Below are positions 26,180 through 36,371 of a stretch of 38,590 nt of DNA, one piece after another. Source of the DNA: an uncultured Bdellovibrionales bacterium (GTDB lineage: Bacteria; Patescibacteriota; Minisyncoccia; Moranbacterales; UBA1568); the NCBI GenBank assembly GCA_964508015.1, contig CAZDRG010000002.1:3043-41632 (forward strand), given 5' to 3'. The position numbers were made by a program, and so were the translations under genes. Position 1 is the stretch's first letter. Every line of letters begins with the position of its first letter. Below the pieces are notes generated by a model that saw only the letters and a list, made by a program, of their open reading frames with translations, did no database searches and was not told the origin of the DNA.

Positions 26180-27196
26180 TCATTGTTTTGCACCCAAAGA
26201 AGCAAGAAAATTCTGGAAAGATTCAGGAGGGTGAACAACGAATGAAAACTGCCCCGCCAGAATTTGTACATTCACCAATAGGATTCCCCTTGCCTTATCT
26301 TTTTTGGGAGGACGAACCGACACCGTAAGACCATACTGATCAGCAAACCATTTCTTAATACCCGCTCGATCTGTAAAACCCTCTGGCAAAAGAAAAGGGG
26401 TATAGACTTTTGTATTCTCTGAAAAATACTGTCGATGAAGAGCATGTAACACAATATACATTGGTGCGCTCTTCCAATCAATTGGTGAGTGATTCTCAGA
26501 TTGCTGATTTTGGACCTGCTCTTGTTTGCCTTGTTCTCGCCAATATTGGCATTTTGCAACCAAGGGGCAGGCAGCGCATTTTGGGCGACTGATGCACAAA
26601 CTGCTACCAAGATCCATCAGGGCAGCATTCAATATTTTTGCATGCATCTGAAAATGTCCATCCAATTCCAATGCACGTTCAGATTTTTTAGTGCCGAAAA
26701 AAAATCGTCCGACGACACGTCGAAGATTGGTGTCCCACGCCAGTGTATTCTGATCATATGCAAAACTCGCGATGGCTGCTGCTGTATATGGACCGATCCC
26801 CGGCAAGGTATCCAGAGTTGCGACTGATGTTGGAAAACGTCCTCCGTATTCTTTTACCACTCGCTCTGCAGTCAGGAGCATATTACGCCCGCGAGCATAA
26901 TACCCCAGTCCCTGATAGTAAGGTAAAAACTCTTCCCATGATGCGAGAGCCAGACTTTCTACTGTTGGAAACCTTTTCAAAAATTGCTCATAATACCCTA
27001 TCACCCGCGATACTTGAGTTTGTTGGAGCATGATTTCGCTCACCCACACCTCATACGCAGTAATTCCTGCTTTACGCCATGGTAAATGTTCCCGCCCGGC
27101 TTTCATAAAAAAATCGGCAAGTTTCTCCTCAAATAAATTAACTATGTCTTTATTCATTCTTGTATGATTCGTTCTATTCAGATGGTCCAGCGACAA
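26180..27196 (-). CDS. mutY: A/G-specific adenine DNA glycosylase
   Basis: The HhH-GPD core is LPWRK...YEVWVSEIMLQQTQV and LPGIGPYTAAAIASFAY. The 4Fe-4S cluster loop is CISRPKCAACPLVAKC. A C-terminal NUDIX-like domain follows. The start is uncertain: TTG at 27196 or ATG at 27157. Confidence 0.85.
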   Translation of the reverse strand: MSLDHLNRTNHTRMNKDIVNLFEEKLADFFMKAGREHLPWRKAGITAYEVWVSEIMLQQTQVSRVIGYYEQFLKRFPTVESLALASWEEFLPYYQGLGYYARGRNMLLTAERVVKEYGGRFPTSVATLDTLPGIGPYTAAAIASFAYDQNTLAWDTNLRRVVGRFFFGTKKSERALELDGHFQMHAKILNAALMDLGSSLCISRPKCAACPLVAKCQYWREQGKQEQVQNQQSENHSPIDWKSAPMYIVLHALHRQYFSENTKVYTPFLLPEGFTDRAGIKKWFADQYGLTVSVRPPKKDKARGILLVNVQILAGQFSFVVHPPESFQNFLASLGAKQ

Positions 27197-27212
27197 AAAA
27201 GTACGAGCTTCT

Positions 27213-28268
27213 TTATTCTTCCGCTATCACTCCACCACCAAGACAAAAGTCTCCCTCATAAAAAACCGCGTATTGGCCCGGGGCAATGCCCTTTTCTGGC
27301 TCGTGGAGTCGAACGGTCGCTGTCCCGTCTCGATGGAAGATAAGGCGTGCGGAAAGTACTTTCTCCCCATGACGAATCTTCACTTTGAGATCACGGGCTG
27401 CTGGTTTTTTGACAATCCAGTGGAGCGCAGTAACTTTGAATTGGTCTCGTAACATTCCCTCACTCCGAAAATAATTCGAAACAAAAATCTCATTCGTCAC
27501 TGGTCGCTTCTCTACCACATACCACGGTCCACCCGAGAGTCCGATTCCCTGACGCTGTCCGATGGTGTAATACCAAAAACCCTGATGCTCCCCGAGTTTT
27601 TTCCCTGTTTTCCAATCAATAATATCCCCTACTCGTTTTCCAAGATGATATTCCAAGAAACCATCGAAAGCGATTTTTCCCAGAAAACAAATTCCTTGAC
27701 TGTCTTTACGCGTAGCGTTTGGCAATTGAAAGTGCTCAGCAAGCGCTCGTACTTCTGATTTCTGCAAATGTCCAATCGGAAAACACGCATGGGTTATCTG
27801 TTCCTGTGACAGCTGTGAAAGAAAATATGTCTGATCTTTCAAAGAATCAGAAGACATCTTCAGCCATGTCTTTCCGTCTAAAACTTCTGTCTCTGCATAA
27901 TGTCCAGTAGCAATTCGATCAAAATTTTTCCCGACAGCATCAAAAAATGCGCCGAATTTAATCCGTGAATTGCACAGCATATCAGGATTCGGTGTCCGGC
28001 CAGCCTGCACCTCAGCCAGAGTCGCAGCCACTACGCGCTCCCAATACTCTTTCTGAAACGGAACGACCTCGAGCGGCACATCTGCTACCTGACATACCGA
28101 TCGAATGTATGATAGATCCTCTTCCCACGGACACTCACCCAAAAAAGCCAGCTCATCTTCCAGCCAGATCTTCATATAGAAAGCGTGGACATCGTGCCCT
28201 GCCTCTTTGAGTAAACGCAAAGCCACTGAGCTATCCACCCCACCAGAAATAAGCATCGCAATCCGCAT
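27213..28268 (-). CDS. mnmA: tRNA-specific 2-thiouridylase
   Basis: The PP-loop is IAMLISGGVDSSVA. Other signatures are NPDMLCN, ATGHYA, KDQTYFL and SQGICF. Confidence 0.9.
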   Translation of the reverse strand: MRIAMLISGGVDSSVALRLLKEAGHDVHAFYMKIWLEDELAFLGECPWEEDLSYIRSVCQVADVPLEVVPFQKEYWERVVAATLAEVQAGRTPNPDMLCNSRIKFGAFFDAVGKNFDRIATGHYAETEVLDGKTWLKMSSDSLKDQTYFLSQLSQEQITHACFPIGHLQKSEVRALAEHFQLPNATRKDSQGICFLGKIAFDGFLEYHLGKRVGDIIDWKTGKKLGEHQGFWYYTIGQRQGIGLSGGPWYVVEKRPVTNEIFVSNYFRSEGMLRDQFKVTALHWIVKKPAARDLKVKIRHGEKVLSARLIFHRDGTATVRLHEPEKGIAPGQYAVFYEGDFCLGGGVIAEE

Positions 28269-28469
28269 AAAAGCTCTACTGTTAGGTCTGCTTGCATATT
28301 ATTCCTTCACTCACTCTCAAACAAAATATCTCGTAGGGAGTAATCTCTTCTTTTTCTTGCGACGTATTCAAAAACACCAGCATTAAAAAAGAAGGGACCA
28401 TTATCTCAATACTTTTTCAGGAATTCCACAAAAGGGAATTATCCATTCTGCCCTATTTCGAAGGAAAAA

Positions 28470-30254
28470 TCAATACGTCGAGCGCAAAGCATTCACGATG
28501 ACGACCACGTCAATCACCTCCTGCAAGATTGCGCCGTACAATGGTGGTATGAATCCAAAGAAGGCAAATAGCATACCAATAAGCGATAATCCAATACCAA
28601 TTACGATGCTCTGTCGCGCGACTTGATATGAACGTCGTCCGATATGGACAGCTTCACGAATTTTCCATGCGTCATGACCAAGTATGGCAACATCGGCCGC
28701 TTCAATCGATGCGCTGTTCTCCGTCCCCGAAAACACAATGCCTACATCAGCCAGTGCCAGTGCTGGAGCGTCATTCATACCATCGCCCACCATGCCGACT
28801 AGCTTTCCCGCTTCTTGTTCACGCGTAACCAGTGCTGATTTCTTATCAGGCGCACATTCCGCATACACCGGAATACCAAATTGACCAAAAAGACGATGGG
28901 CATTGGCTCGCTTATCACCAGTCAATATACCGAGAGAATACCCGCGTGTTCGAAAATACTCAAAAAGTTTCCCGACATCATCTTTAATCGTGTCGTCAAA
29001 ATAAAATCTCGCGATGAGGGTATCTTCATGCATCAACTCAGATACAATACCACTCTCTGCATTCAATACTGCTGATTTCCCGATGCGATACTGTTTCCCA
29101 TCAATCATACCCGAAATGCCTTCACCAAGTTTTTCCGTAAAATGTTCAACCAAGAATGATGCGCCTCCTCGCTCTGAATTCATTTTGACCAATGTCTTGG
29201 CTATTGGATGGAGCGAACTCCATTCAAGGGATGCCGCTATCTCAAGTACCTGCTTTTCAGTATAAAATGCATCAAGCACTTCGATCCGTTTCAGATCTGG
29301 TTCACCAAGTGTGAGCGTACCTGTTTTATCAAAAAACAACGTCTTCGTTTTGGCTAAAGCCTCAAGCACGCTTGGACTTTTCACAACGATGCCATTCCGA
29401 GCGGCCCGTGAAAGCCCCCCAAGAAAAGAGATCGGTGCCGCAATCAAGAGTGGGCAAGGCGTGGCAATCACCAGCACGGCTAAGAAGCGCTCCCAATCGC
29501 GAAAAAGCCAGAGGGCTCCGAAGGCAAGGATAAGAGTCACAAGCGTGAAAACCCAATTTGATCGTTCCGCAAGACGCACCAATGGTGACTGCTTCCTCTT
29601 CCCTTCTTCAACAAGCGTGAGAATATTTCGATAGCTTGAATGTTCAAAGGTATTCCGTGCTTCAAGAGAAATCATGGCTCCTAGGTTCACACAGCCACTC
29701 TTGATATATTTCCCAAGTCGATACTCTACTGGCTCCATCTCCCCAGTAAGATTTGCCTCACTCACCAATGCGGCATCCGAAAGAAGAGAGGCATCCAGGG
29801 GTATCATCTCATTGGTTCGCACCAAGAAAACCTCCCCTTGCATAACCTCCTGTATCGGTTTAGTTGAGGTACCTTCCTTGGTCTGCATGAGCACTTCCTT
29901 GGGAAATTTTTCAAATAAACTTCGGAGCGTCTTCTCAGCTCGATGCGTGCCAAAAAGTTCAAGCGCGGCGCTTACTGATACCATAAACGCAAGCACCGCT
30001 CCTGAAAGCCACTCTCCAAAAAATGCTACCGTAAACAGCGCGAGAAAAGCAATATAATCCAGATTCCACTTCCGTTCCCGAATCCGTTGCCATGATTCAA
30101 CGCACAAAATACCAATACCCGTCAAAACCGCGAGCACCAAAAATTCACGGGAAAAACCAACAAAAGAAAATCCAATCAACACAAAAATCACGAACGGAAA
30201 TAAAAATTCTCGACTCATGAGTATTGGACGAAAAAAAGACATACTATCGTTCAC
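28470..30254 (-). CDS. Heavy-metal-type (P1B) P-type ATPase lacking an N-terminal metal-binding domain
   Basis: DKTGTLT, TGDK, GDGMNDAPAL and the TGE-region motif NLTGE are present. The TM metal-site motif reads ATPCPLL (TPCP). No N-terminal CxxC/HMA domain is seen. Confidence 0.9.
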   Translation of the reverse strand: MNDSMSFFRPILMSREFLFPFVIFVLIGFSFVGFSREFLVLAVLTGIGILCVESWQRIRERKWNLDYIAFLALFTVAFFGEWLSGAVLAFMVSVSAALELFGTHRAEKTLRSLFEKFPKEVLMQTKEGTSTKPIQEVMQGEVFLVRTNEMIPLDASLLSDAALVSEANLTGEMEPVEYRLGKYIKSGCVNLGAMISLEARNTFEHSSYRNILTLVEEGKRKQSPLVRLAERSNWVFTLVTLILAFGALWLFRDWERFLAVLVIATPCPLLIAAPISFLGGLSRAARNGIVVKSPSVLEALAKTKTLFFDKTGTLTLGEPDLKRIEVLDAFYTEKQVLEIAASLEWSSLHPIAKTLVKMNSERGGASFLVEHFTEKLGEGISGMIDGKQYRIGKSAVLNAESGIVSELMHEDTLIARFYFDDTIKDDVGKLFEYFRTRGYSLGILTGDKRANAHRLFGQFGIPVYAECAPDKKSALVTREQEAGKLVGMVGDGMNDAPALALADVGIVFSGTENSASIEAADVAILGHDAWKIREAVHIGRRSYQVARQSIVIGIGLSLIGMLFAFFGFIPPLYGAILQEVIDVVVIVNALRSTY

Positions 30255-31704
30255 GATTACTCTTACTCAGAAAACTTTTCTTCTCAATCGGTGTATTGTT
30301 CACATGCACGGTGATGCGTTCATTCCCATATTTTTTTTCCAAGAATCGCCGCTCATCATTCCTTACCAGACGACGCAGTACTCCGATTTCTTCTTCCTCC
30401 CGACGCACCTGTCGCACCAGCCAAAAAAGCGCGGCTCCAAAAAGCGCCACCAAAAATACTGCTCCACCAACTAAAGAAAGGAGCGGCGTCCCCAGACCTT
30501 CCGCGCTATTTCGCAGTGTATCCCAACGGGTATCAAGGGCCAACCCACTCGCTTGAATAGCATGACAGCGCTCTCGATAAGGCGCTACTGATTTTTTGAG
30601 TGAAAAAACTTCATGAGCGGCTTCAGTGACATCGAAATATTCAAAAGCCTCCTGACACCGTTTCGCTCGAAAAGCGTCCATGCCGTGAGCCAGTGCCACA
30701 AACAATTCATGCCGATCAAGCGTCAGTCCGATTTTGGTCGCCTCATCGAGAATCAGCGAAGCTGGCAGGGCAAATGCAAAATTATCTCCGGAAGTCCGGT
30801 CGAGTTCGCCTGTTTGAAAAGTCACCAAACCAACCACCTCACCGCGATCATTAAAAAGTGGCCCGCCACTTGATCCCTGCGATACCTTGGCATCTGTTTG
30901 ATAAATCGGAAAGTTTTTGCCCGTCGCTGTCTTAAGCGCACTCACGACCCCACGAGTAAATGTGGCCTCCAGAGGGCTTTTTGTATTCAGTTCTGCTGTT
31001 CCTGGAAACCCAAATATATATGCTGTACTTCCAACCGAGAGAGTATTCTCGGTCGAAAGAGGGAGAGCTGGTAAACGATCGAGGCCAATTTTGATCAGAG
31101 CTACATCACGATCATCATCAAGAAATGTCTCGCTCGCACTGATTACCGTCGCGGGAAAGGCACCTTTCACTAAGTCAGCTGCTTTTTCTTGATCCGAACG
31201 AGGATCCAAAACAAACACTTCGCTCTTGAGATCATATCGACTATTCTCAATCACTGTACGAAGAATACGCTTCCCAAAAGCTTCTGCCTCCCCTGACTGC
31301 AAAAATGTCTGAGCTTCTTCATCACTCAAATAGAGAGCATTCTCATAAAAAGCCGCCAGCGCAGAATCAGAAGCTAGCATATGCTTGATGGTTTCTTCTG
31401 ATACCACATGAGCATTCGTCGCGATGTATCCATCCGGATGAATGATGAGCCCGCTACCGGAAATATATTCGTCTATTTTTACTTTTTTGTGCTCTCCTTC
31501 TTCATCAACCGCAATCAAACCACGCTTCATATCCACCTTAATCGGAGCAATTTCGGCTTCACCGACCGTATGCGTCATTATTCGGACTACCGATGGCTTC
31601 ACGAGATTGGCAAGCATTTCAGGAGTGTAGGGCTCGGCTGCCCAAACCGAAAAAGGCATTCCGAGGATGCTCAACACGCAAGAGAAAAAAAGAAAACGCA
31701 ACAT
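30244..31704 (-). CDS. Trypsin-like (S1 family) serine protease with signal peptide and C-terminal TM anchor
   Basis: The catalytic contexts are ATNAHVV (His), DVALIKI (Asp) and GSSGGPLF (Ser). There is an N-terminal signal (FFSCVLSILGMPFSVWA) and a C-terminal TM helix (LLSLVGGAVFLVALFGAALFWLV) with a charged tail. No PDZ domain was recognised. The 3' end overlaps the ATPase start by 11 nt. Confidence 0.8.
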   Translation of the reverse strand: MLRFLFFSCVLSILGMPFSVWAAEPYTPEMLANLVKPSVVRIMTHTVGEAEIAPIKVDMKRGLIAVDEEGEHKKVKIDEYISGSGLIIHPDGYIATNAHVVSEETIKHMLASDSALAAFYENALYLSDEEAQTFLQSGEAEAFGKRILRTVIENSRYDLKSEVFVLDPRSDQEKAADLVKGAFPATVISASETFLDDDRDVALIKIGLDRLPALPLSTENTLSVGSTAYIFGFPGTAELNTKSPLEATFTRGVVSALKTATGKNFPIYQTDAKVSQGSSGGPLFNDRGEVVGLVTFQTGELDRTSGDNFAFALPASLILDEATKIGLTLDRHELFVALAHGMDAFRAKRCQEAFEYFDVTEAAHEVFSLKKSVAPYRERCHAIQASGLALDTRWDTLRNSAEGLGTPLLSLVGGAVFLVALFGAALFWLVRQVRREEEEIGVLRRLVRNDERRFLEKKYGNERITVHVNNTPIEKKSFLSKSNRER

Positions 31705-31830
31705 GAAATTTTTATTTTTTCGAATCGATGATTCTTCACTTCCTATTATAACAAATAAGGCGAAGAAAGATACTTAAAATGAAGTGTAATCGCATGATTA
31801 ATAATCTCGATCGTGGGGACTCTCTACATA

Positions 31831-31859
31831 TTGACTGGAGGACTCTTCTGTGCTAATAT
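31831..31859 (+). promoter_or_regulatory. Candidate promoter of the RND adaptor/pump operon
   Basis: TTGACT (31831-31836), a 17-nt spacer, then TAATAT (31854-31859). It sits 30 nt upstream of ATG 31889. Confidence 0.45.
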
Positions 31860-31888
31860 GAATTTTCATTCTTTTAACTTTTTCTCTC

Positions 31889-33040
31889 ATGTTTGCCTCT
31901 ACTAAAACCCTTTTTCAATCGCTGCTCAATCGTTCGCCTTTTGTGCTCTTCTTCTCGGCTCTCGCGCTCCTCTTTGTCGTGATTGTTGTTGCGAGTATCT
32001 ATCGCCAACCAGCCAAAACCGATGATTCGGCTCAAAAAGAAACCAAAATCGTTGATCGTTTTGTCATTGGAACCGATACCGTAACGTCTACCGCTTCAGC
32101 TCTCGTCAGGAAGGAAACACTCCAACCGCTGGTGGCTCTCACGGCCGGAACTGTTCAGAGCATTTCAACCCGTTCGGGTAGTCATGTGAGCGCTGGTACT
32201 GCAATTCTTCGCCTGAGCTCGGATTACGGAGCGAATCGTGCTGGACTCGAAACAGCCATGGCTGAAAAAAACCAGCAGTTTGCTCTCGACATGGCCAAGC
32301 TTGATCGCAAAATTCTGAGCCTCGAAAAAAAGAAGGTTCTGGAAAACAACGCCGCAAGTGATACCGAGACAGACATCACACTCAAACAACTCAAGCGCCA
32401 ACGCGCTTCACTCAATACCTCTCTCTCCACTGGAGCACTGAGTGTTGATATTTCACGTGCGAGTGCCGCCGCCTTTGAACCACGCGCGATGTTCTCAGGA
32501 ACCATTGAACGTATCGCGGTACAAGTTGGAGATTTTGTCACACCAGGAACGGTACTTGCTCTCCTACGAGCTGACAAAGGGGCGACTACTCTCGAGACTT
32601 TCATTGATCCGGCACTTGCCCAGTCTTTTGATACCACTACCCCCTCTCACATTCTCCTCAATACAGATGAACCTCCACTCGAGATTACTCCGTCGTTTTT
32701 CTCCACGAGCGAAACAAAAAATGGCCTCTTCCATATCCGATACCTGCTCTCCCCAGAACAATCTGCTCAGGTATCCGACAACACGCGAGTCGCCCTTTCT
32801 CTTCCACTCCGCGCCGAAAGCAAGGATACAGGGACATTGATTCCTCTCGATGTTTTATTTACTCATACTAATCATGCTTCCCTTTTTATCGAACGTGATG
32901 GGAAGGCCGAAGAACTCACAGTGTCTGTTCGAAATATATTTGGAAATGCCGCGCTTCTCAATGAAACGCTTCCTAATGGAACATCTGTGCTTCTTAATCG
33001 CACACTCGTTTCCGGTGAAACGATCACACTCGCACAATAA
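31889..33040 (+). CDS. Efflux RND transporter periplasmic adaptor (membrane-fusion protein family)
   Basis: An N-terminal TM anchor is followed by a coiled-coil segment and a lipoyl-like hairpin (FSGTIERIAVQVGDFVTPGTVLALL). It lies immediately upstream of an RND permease. Confidence 0.7.
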   Translation: MFASTKTLFQSLLNRSPFVLFFSALALLFVVIVVASIYRQPAKTDDSAQKETKIVDRFVIGTDTVTSTASALVRKETLQPLVALTAGTVQSISTRSGSHVSAGTAILRLSSDYGANRAGLETAMAEKNQQFALDMAKLDRKILSLEKKKVLENNAASDTETDITLKQLKRQRASLNTSLSTGALSVDISRASAAAFEPRAMFSGTIERIAVQVGDFVTPGTVLALLRADKGATTLETFIDPALAQSFDTTTPSHILLNTDEPPLEITPSFFSTSETKNGLFHIRYLLSPEQSAQVSDNTRVALSLPLRAESKDTGTLIPLDVLFTHTNHASLFIERDGKAEELTVSVRNIFGNAALLNETLPNGTSVLLNRTLVSGETITLAQ

Positions 33041-33055
33041 ACACCATTCTCTTGT

Positions 33056-36000
33056 ATGCCTTCTTCTTCATCTCACAATGTCTCAACTGAAAATCAATCA
33101 GGCATCGCCGGATATTTTTCCCGTATCCGTATTGTTTTACTCATCACTCTTATCCTCTCCGGTGCTGGTCTTGCCAGTTACGCCACGCTCACCAAAGAAC
33201 TCAATCCAAATATTCAGATTCCCATCGTTTTTGTCACCACTGTTTTTCCAGGAACTGATCCTGAAGATATGGAGCAGTTGGTCACCGTCCCACTTGAGGA
33301 TGCCCTCGAAAATCTTTCAGGAGTAACCAAGTCAACTTCAACCTCTCAGGAAAGCGTGTCGAATATCACACTAGAATTCTCCTCAGGTACGGATCCGAAC
33401 CAAGCCAAAAGTGATGTCCAAACTGCTCTCGACAGCATCACTACACTCCCGAAAGATGCCGAGAAACCAAAAATTCAAGTACTCGACTTTCAAAATCAAC
33501 CTTCTCTGATTCTGGCTATCACCAACCGAACCGGCGAACAAGCATCACTCGAACATTTCGCTGATGCTCTCAAGGAAACCGTTAAGGACCTGCCCGGTGT
33601 TGAAAAAGTCACGCTCGGATACCGCAATGAACCTCTCGTGCATATCGCGCTTACACCAGAGACAGTCGATACCTATCGTCTCTCTCTTCCCGCACTCGGC
33701 GCTGATATAAGCAGTGCTCTGGACAATTTTCCATCTGGATCGCTCCAAAGTGCCAACACCAAATATACACTCGGCATAGAAAAACGAGTTGATTCGGCAA
33801 GTGATATTCGTTCCATCCCTCTTTCTCTCGGGGATGCTACTCTGCCACTCGGGTCACTGGCTCGAATCACAGAGCGCGCACCTATTGGGAGCACTGAAGC
33901 TTTTTTTGCTGATCGCGAGACATCACCCGTGCCAACTATTCTGCTTTCTGTATTCAAAAGCGATACAGCCGATACTCGTGTCACTGTCGATACCGTACTC
34001 GCTGCGGCCGACAGTCTCAACGATCGTGAAGGTGGTCGCATCACTCTTGCTCCGCTGTTCGATGGTGGTCAAGAAATCAGCAAAAGTTTTGATCAGCTCC
34101 TCCATGATTTTCTCCTGACTTTTCTCTTGGTATTCCTAGTTCTCCTGACTTTCTTTGGGTTTCGCCAATCCATTGTTGCTGCGCTTGCTATCCCGATCAC
34201 TTTTCTCGGTACCTTTTTGGTGATGCAGCTTTCTGGCCTCTCTATCAATTTCATTTCGCTTTTTTCTCTCCTTTTGGCACTGGGTATCTTAGTTGATAAC
34301 GCGATTGTCATTGTCTCTGCTGTCTCCAGCCGACGCCGAAAGTTCATCAATGAAGACCCCATGCAAACAGCTCTGCATGTCTTTGCTGATTACCGCATTG
34401 TCATTCTCACCACAACTATTACGACTGTCTGGGCTTTTCTTCCTCTTCTTCTCGCTTCAGGAATCATTGGAGAATTCATCAAACCAATTCCGATCGTTGT
34501 TTCAACAGCGCTGGCACTCTCGGCCCTTACCGCTCTGTTCATCATTCTTCCCCTCATGGCAGCCATCCTCGCTGGAAATATACCACCACGCGTTAAACTC
34601 CTCGGAAAATCTCTCTTCTTTCTCTTCTTTCTGTCGATTCTTTTCTTTCTCCTCAAAGGAAGCCTCTTCTTCATACCTGCGCTCATAGCCAGTCTCATTT
34701 CTCTCGGAATCATCGCCCTTTCCTATTCGCAAGTCGTCCGCCGTCTCACAATGTTTCCCCGCGTATCAACGTGGTCGGCACAACTGACCACGCTCCGTTC
34801 ACATCTGAATCTGGATCGAATAGCCAATCGCTATCAAATCTTCATCAAAAGTATTCTCGTCTCAAAACGTCTGCGCCAACGTACGTTCGCTATGCTGATT
34901 CTCTTTTCTCTTTTTTCCTATATCCTTGTTCCGACCGGATATGTCGTGAATGAATTTTTCCCCGAAGATGATCAATCAATTGTCTATATTCGCCTCAAAC
35001 TTCCCGTCGGGACATCACTCGAAAAAAGTCGGGTGCAGGCAATACAGTTTGCCGAACAAATCCGTCATGAGGCACTCGCCAATTTTGTGGTTGCAGAAAT
35101 TGGTGCCAAACCACCGACAGACAATAGCCCATCGAGTCCCGATATCAATGAAATTCTCTTTACCATGATCCTCCCGGATAAGAAAGATCGCGCTGAAACC
35201 TCCGGCGCTCTGGTTGAACGACTGAATCGCCAGTACGCCGCTTCCAATGAAGGAGAAGTTTCCGCCACTCAAATCTCAGGAGGACCACCAGCAGGAAGTG
35301 ACATTACACTCAAGCTGCTTGGCTCTGATCTCGCGACACTCGACAGCCTCTCTAGAATCATTCAGACCCACCTCAAAGAAGAGCCCTCGGTCACTAATGT
35401 ATCCACATCACTCTCGGTCAAAGGAAAATTAGTCTTTGTCCCCGACATGGAGGCCATGACTCATTTCGGTGTCGCAACCAATGAACTTGCTTTTGCGCTT
35501 CGTACTCTGGGCAATGGTTATATCGCAAAAAATGACGCCCGTTTTGAAAATCAAAAAATGGATGTCGAGCTTGCGCTCACCGATGATCCACAAGGAGCTT
35601 CTCTTTCTGATCCTGGCCGACTCTTGATCAATACTCCTTCGGGGACGATTCCCCTCAGTGCCATCGGACACTTTGTCCTCAAAGAAAATCCTGCGAGCAT
35701 CGACCGAGAAGATGGGAAGAGAGTCCTTTCGGTCACCGCTGATGTCACACCGGGATATAGTGTCTCTACAGAAAGCAAAAATCTCGAAACATATGTTCAA
35801 AACAACATCGAGTTTCCTGATGGATATTCTTTCCAAACCGGAGGAGTCAATGAAGAAAACACCAAATCGGTTCGATCGATTCTGCTGGCTATGCTCCTCT
35901 CGGCCGCTCTCATCTTCGCAACAATGGTGATGCAGTTTAATTCCTTCCGCAAGGCTATCATCGCCCTCCTCGTCATTCCGCTCGCAGTCTCAGGCGTCTT

Positions 36001-36349
36001 CATTATCTTTGCACTCTTTGGTATTCCACTCTCCTTCCCAGCTCTGATCGGTGTCCTGGCGCTTTTCGGTATCGTGGTGAATAATTCAATTATCATGGTC
36101 GACAAAATCAACAAAAACATGGCCTCGATGTCTGACTTAGATGAGGCTATTGCTTCCGGAGCAGCCAGTCGCCTCGAACCCATACTCCTCACGGCTCTCA
36201 CAACCATCATCGGACTCATTCCTATCACACTCTCGGATCCGATTTGGCAAGGTCTCGGTGGAGCCATCATTGCTGGTCTTACCTTTTCTGGTATCGCAAA
36301 ATTGTTCTTCATCCCGGTTATCTATAAAAGTTGGTTCAATACGAAATAA
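33056..36349 (+). CDS. RND family efflux permease (AcrB/AcrD/AcrF-like)
   Basis: 1097 aa with the typical 12-TM, two-large-loop architecture. Family-like segments include LSGVTKSTSTSQES, LGILVDNAIVIV and FGIVVNNSIIMVD. Confidence 0.9.
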   Translation: MPSSSSHNVSTENQSGIAGYFSRIRIVLLITLILSGAGLASYATLTKELNPNIQIPIVFVTTVFPGTDPEDMEQLVTVPLEDALENLSGVTKSTSTSQESVSNITLEFSSGTDPNQAKSDVQTALDSITTLPKDAEKPKIQVLDFQNQPSLILAITNRTGEQASLEHFADALKETVKDLPGVEKVTLGYRNEPLVHIALTPETVDTYRLSLPALGADISSALDNFPSGSLQSANTKYTLGIEKRVDSASDIRSIPLSLGDATLPLGSLARITERAPIGSTEAFFADRETSPVPTILLSVFKSDTADTRVTVDTVLAAADSLNDREGGRITLAPLFDGGQEISKSFDQLLHDFLLTFLLVFLVLLTFFGFRQSIVAALAIPITFLGTFLVMQLSGLSINFISLFSLLLALGILVDNAIVIVSAVSSRRRKFINEDPMQTALHVFADYRIVILTTTITTVWAFLPLLLASGIIGEFIKPIPIVVSTALALSALTALFIILPLMAAILAGNIPPRVKLLGKSLFFLFFLSILFFLLKGSLFFIPALIASLISLGIIALSYSQVVRRLTMFPRVSTWSAQLTTLRSHLNLDRIANRYQIFIKSILVSKRLRQRTFAMLILFSLFSYILVPTGYVVNEFFPEDDQSIVYIRLKLPVGTSLEKSRVQAIQFAEQIRHEALANFVVAEIGAKPPTDNSPSSPDINEILFTMILPDKKDRAETSGALVERLNRQYAASNEGEVSATQISGGPPAGSDITLKLLGSDLATLDSLSRIIQTHLKEEPSVTNVSTSLSVKGKLVFVPDMEAMTHFGVATNELAFALRTLGNGYIAKNDARFENQKMDVELALTDDPQGASLSDPGRLLINTPSGTIPLSAIGHFVLKENPASIDREDGKRVLSVTADVTPGYSVSTESKNLETYVQNNIEFPDGYSFQTGGVNEENTKSVRSILLAMLLSAALIFATMVMQFNSFRKAIIALLVIPLAVSGVFIIFALFGIPLSFPALIGVLALFGIVVNNSIIMVDKINKNMASMSDLDEAIASGAASRLEPILLTALTTIIGLIPITLSDPIWQGLGGAIIAGLTFSGIAKLFFIPVIYKSWFNTK

Positions 36350-36371
36350 ATACCCTATCCTCTTCAAAAGA

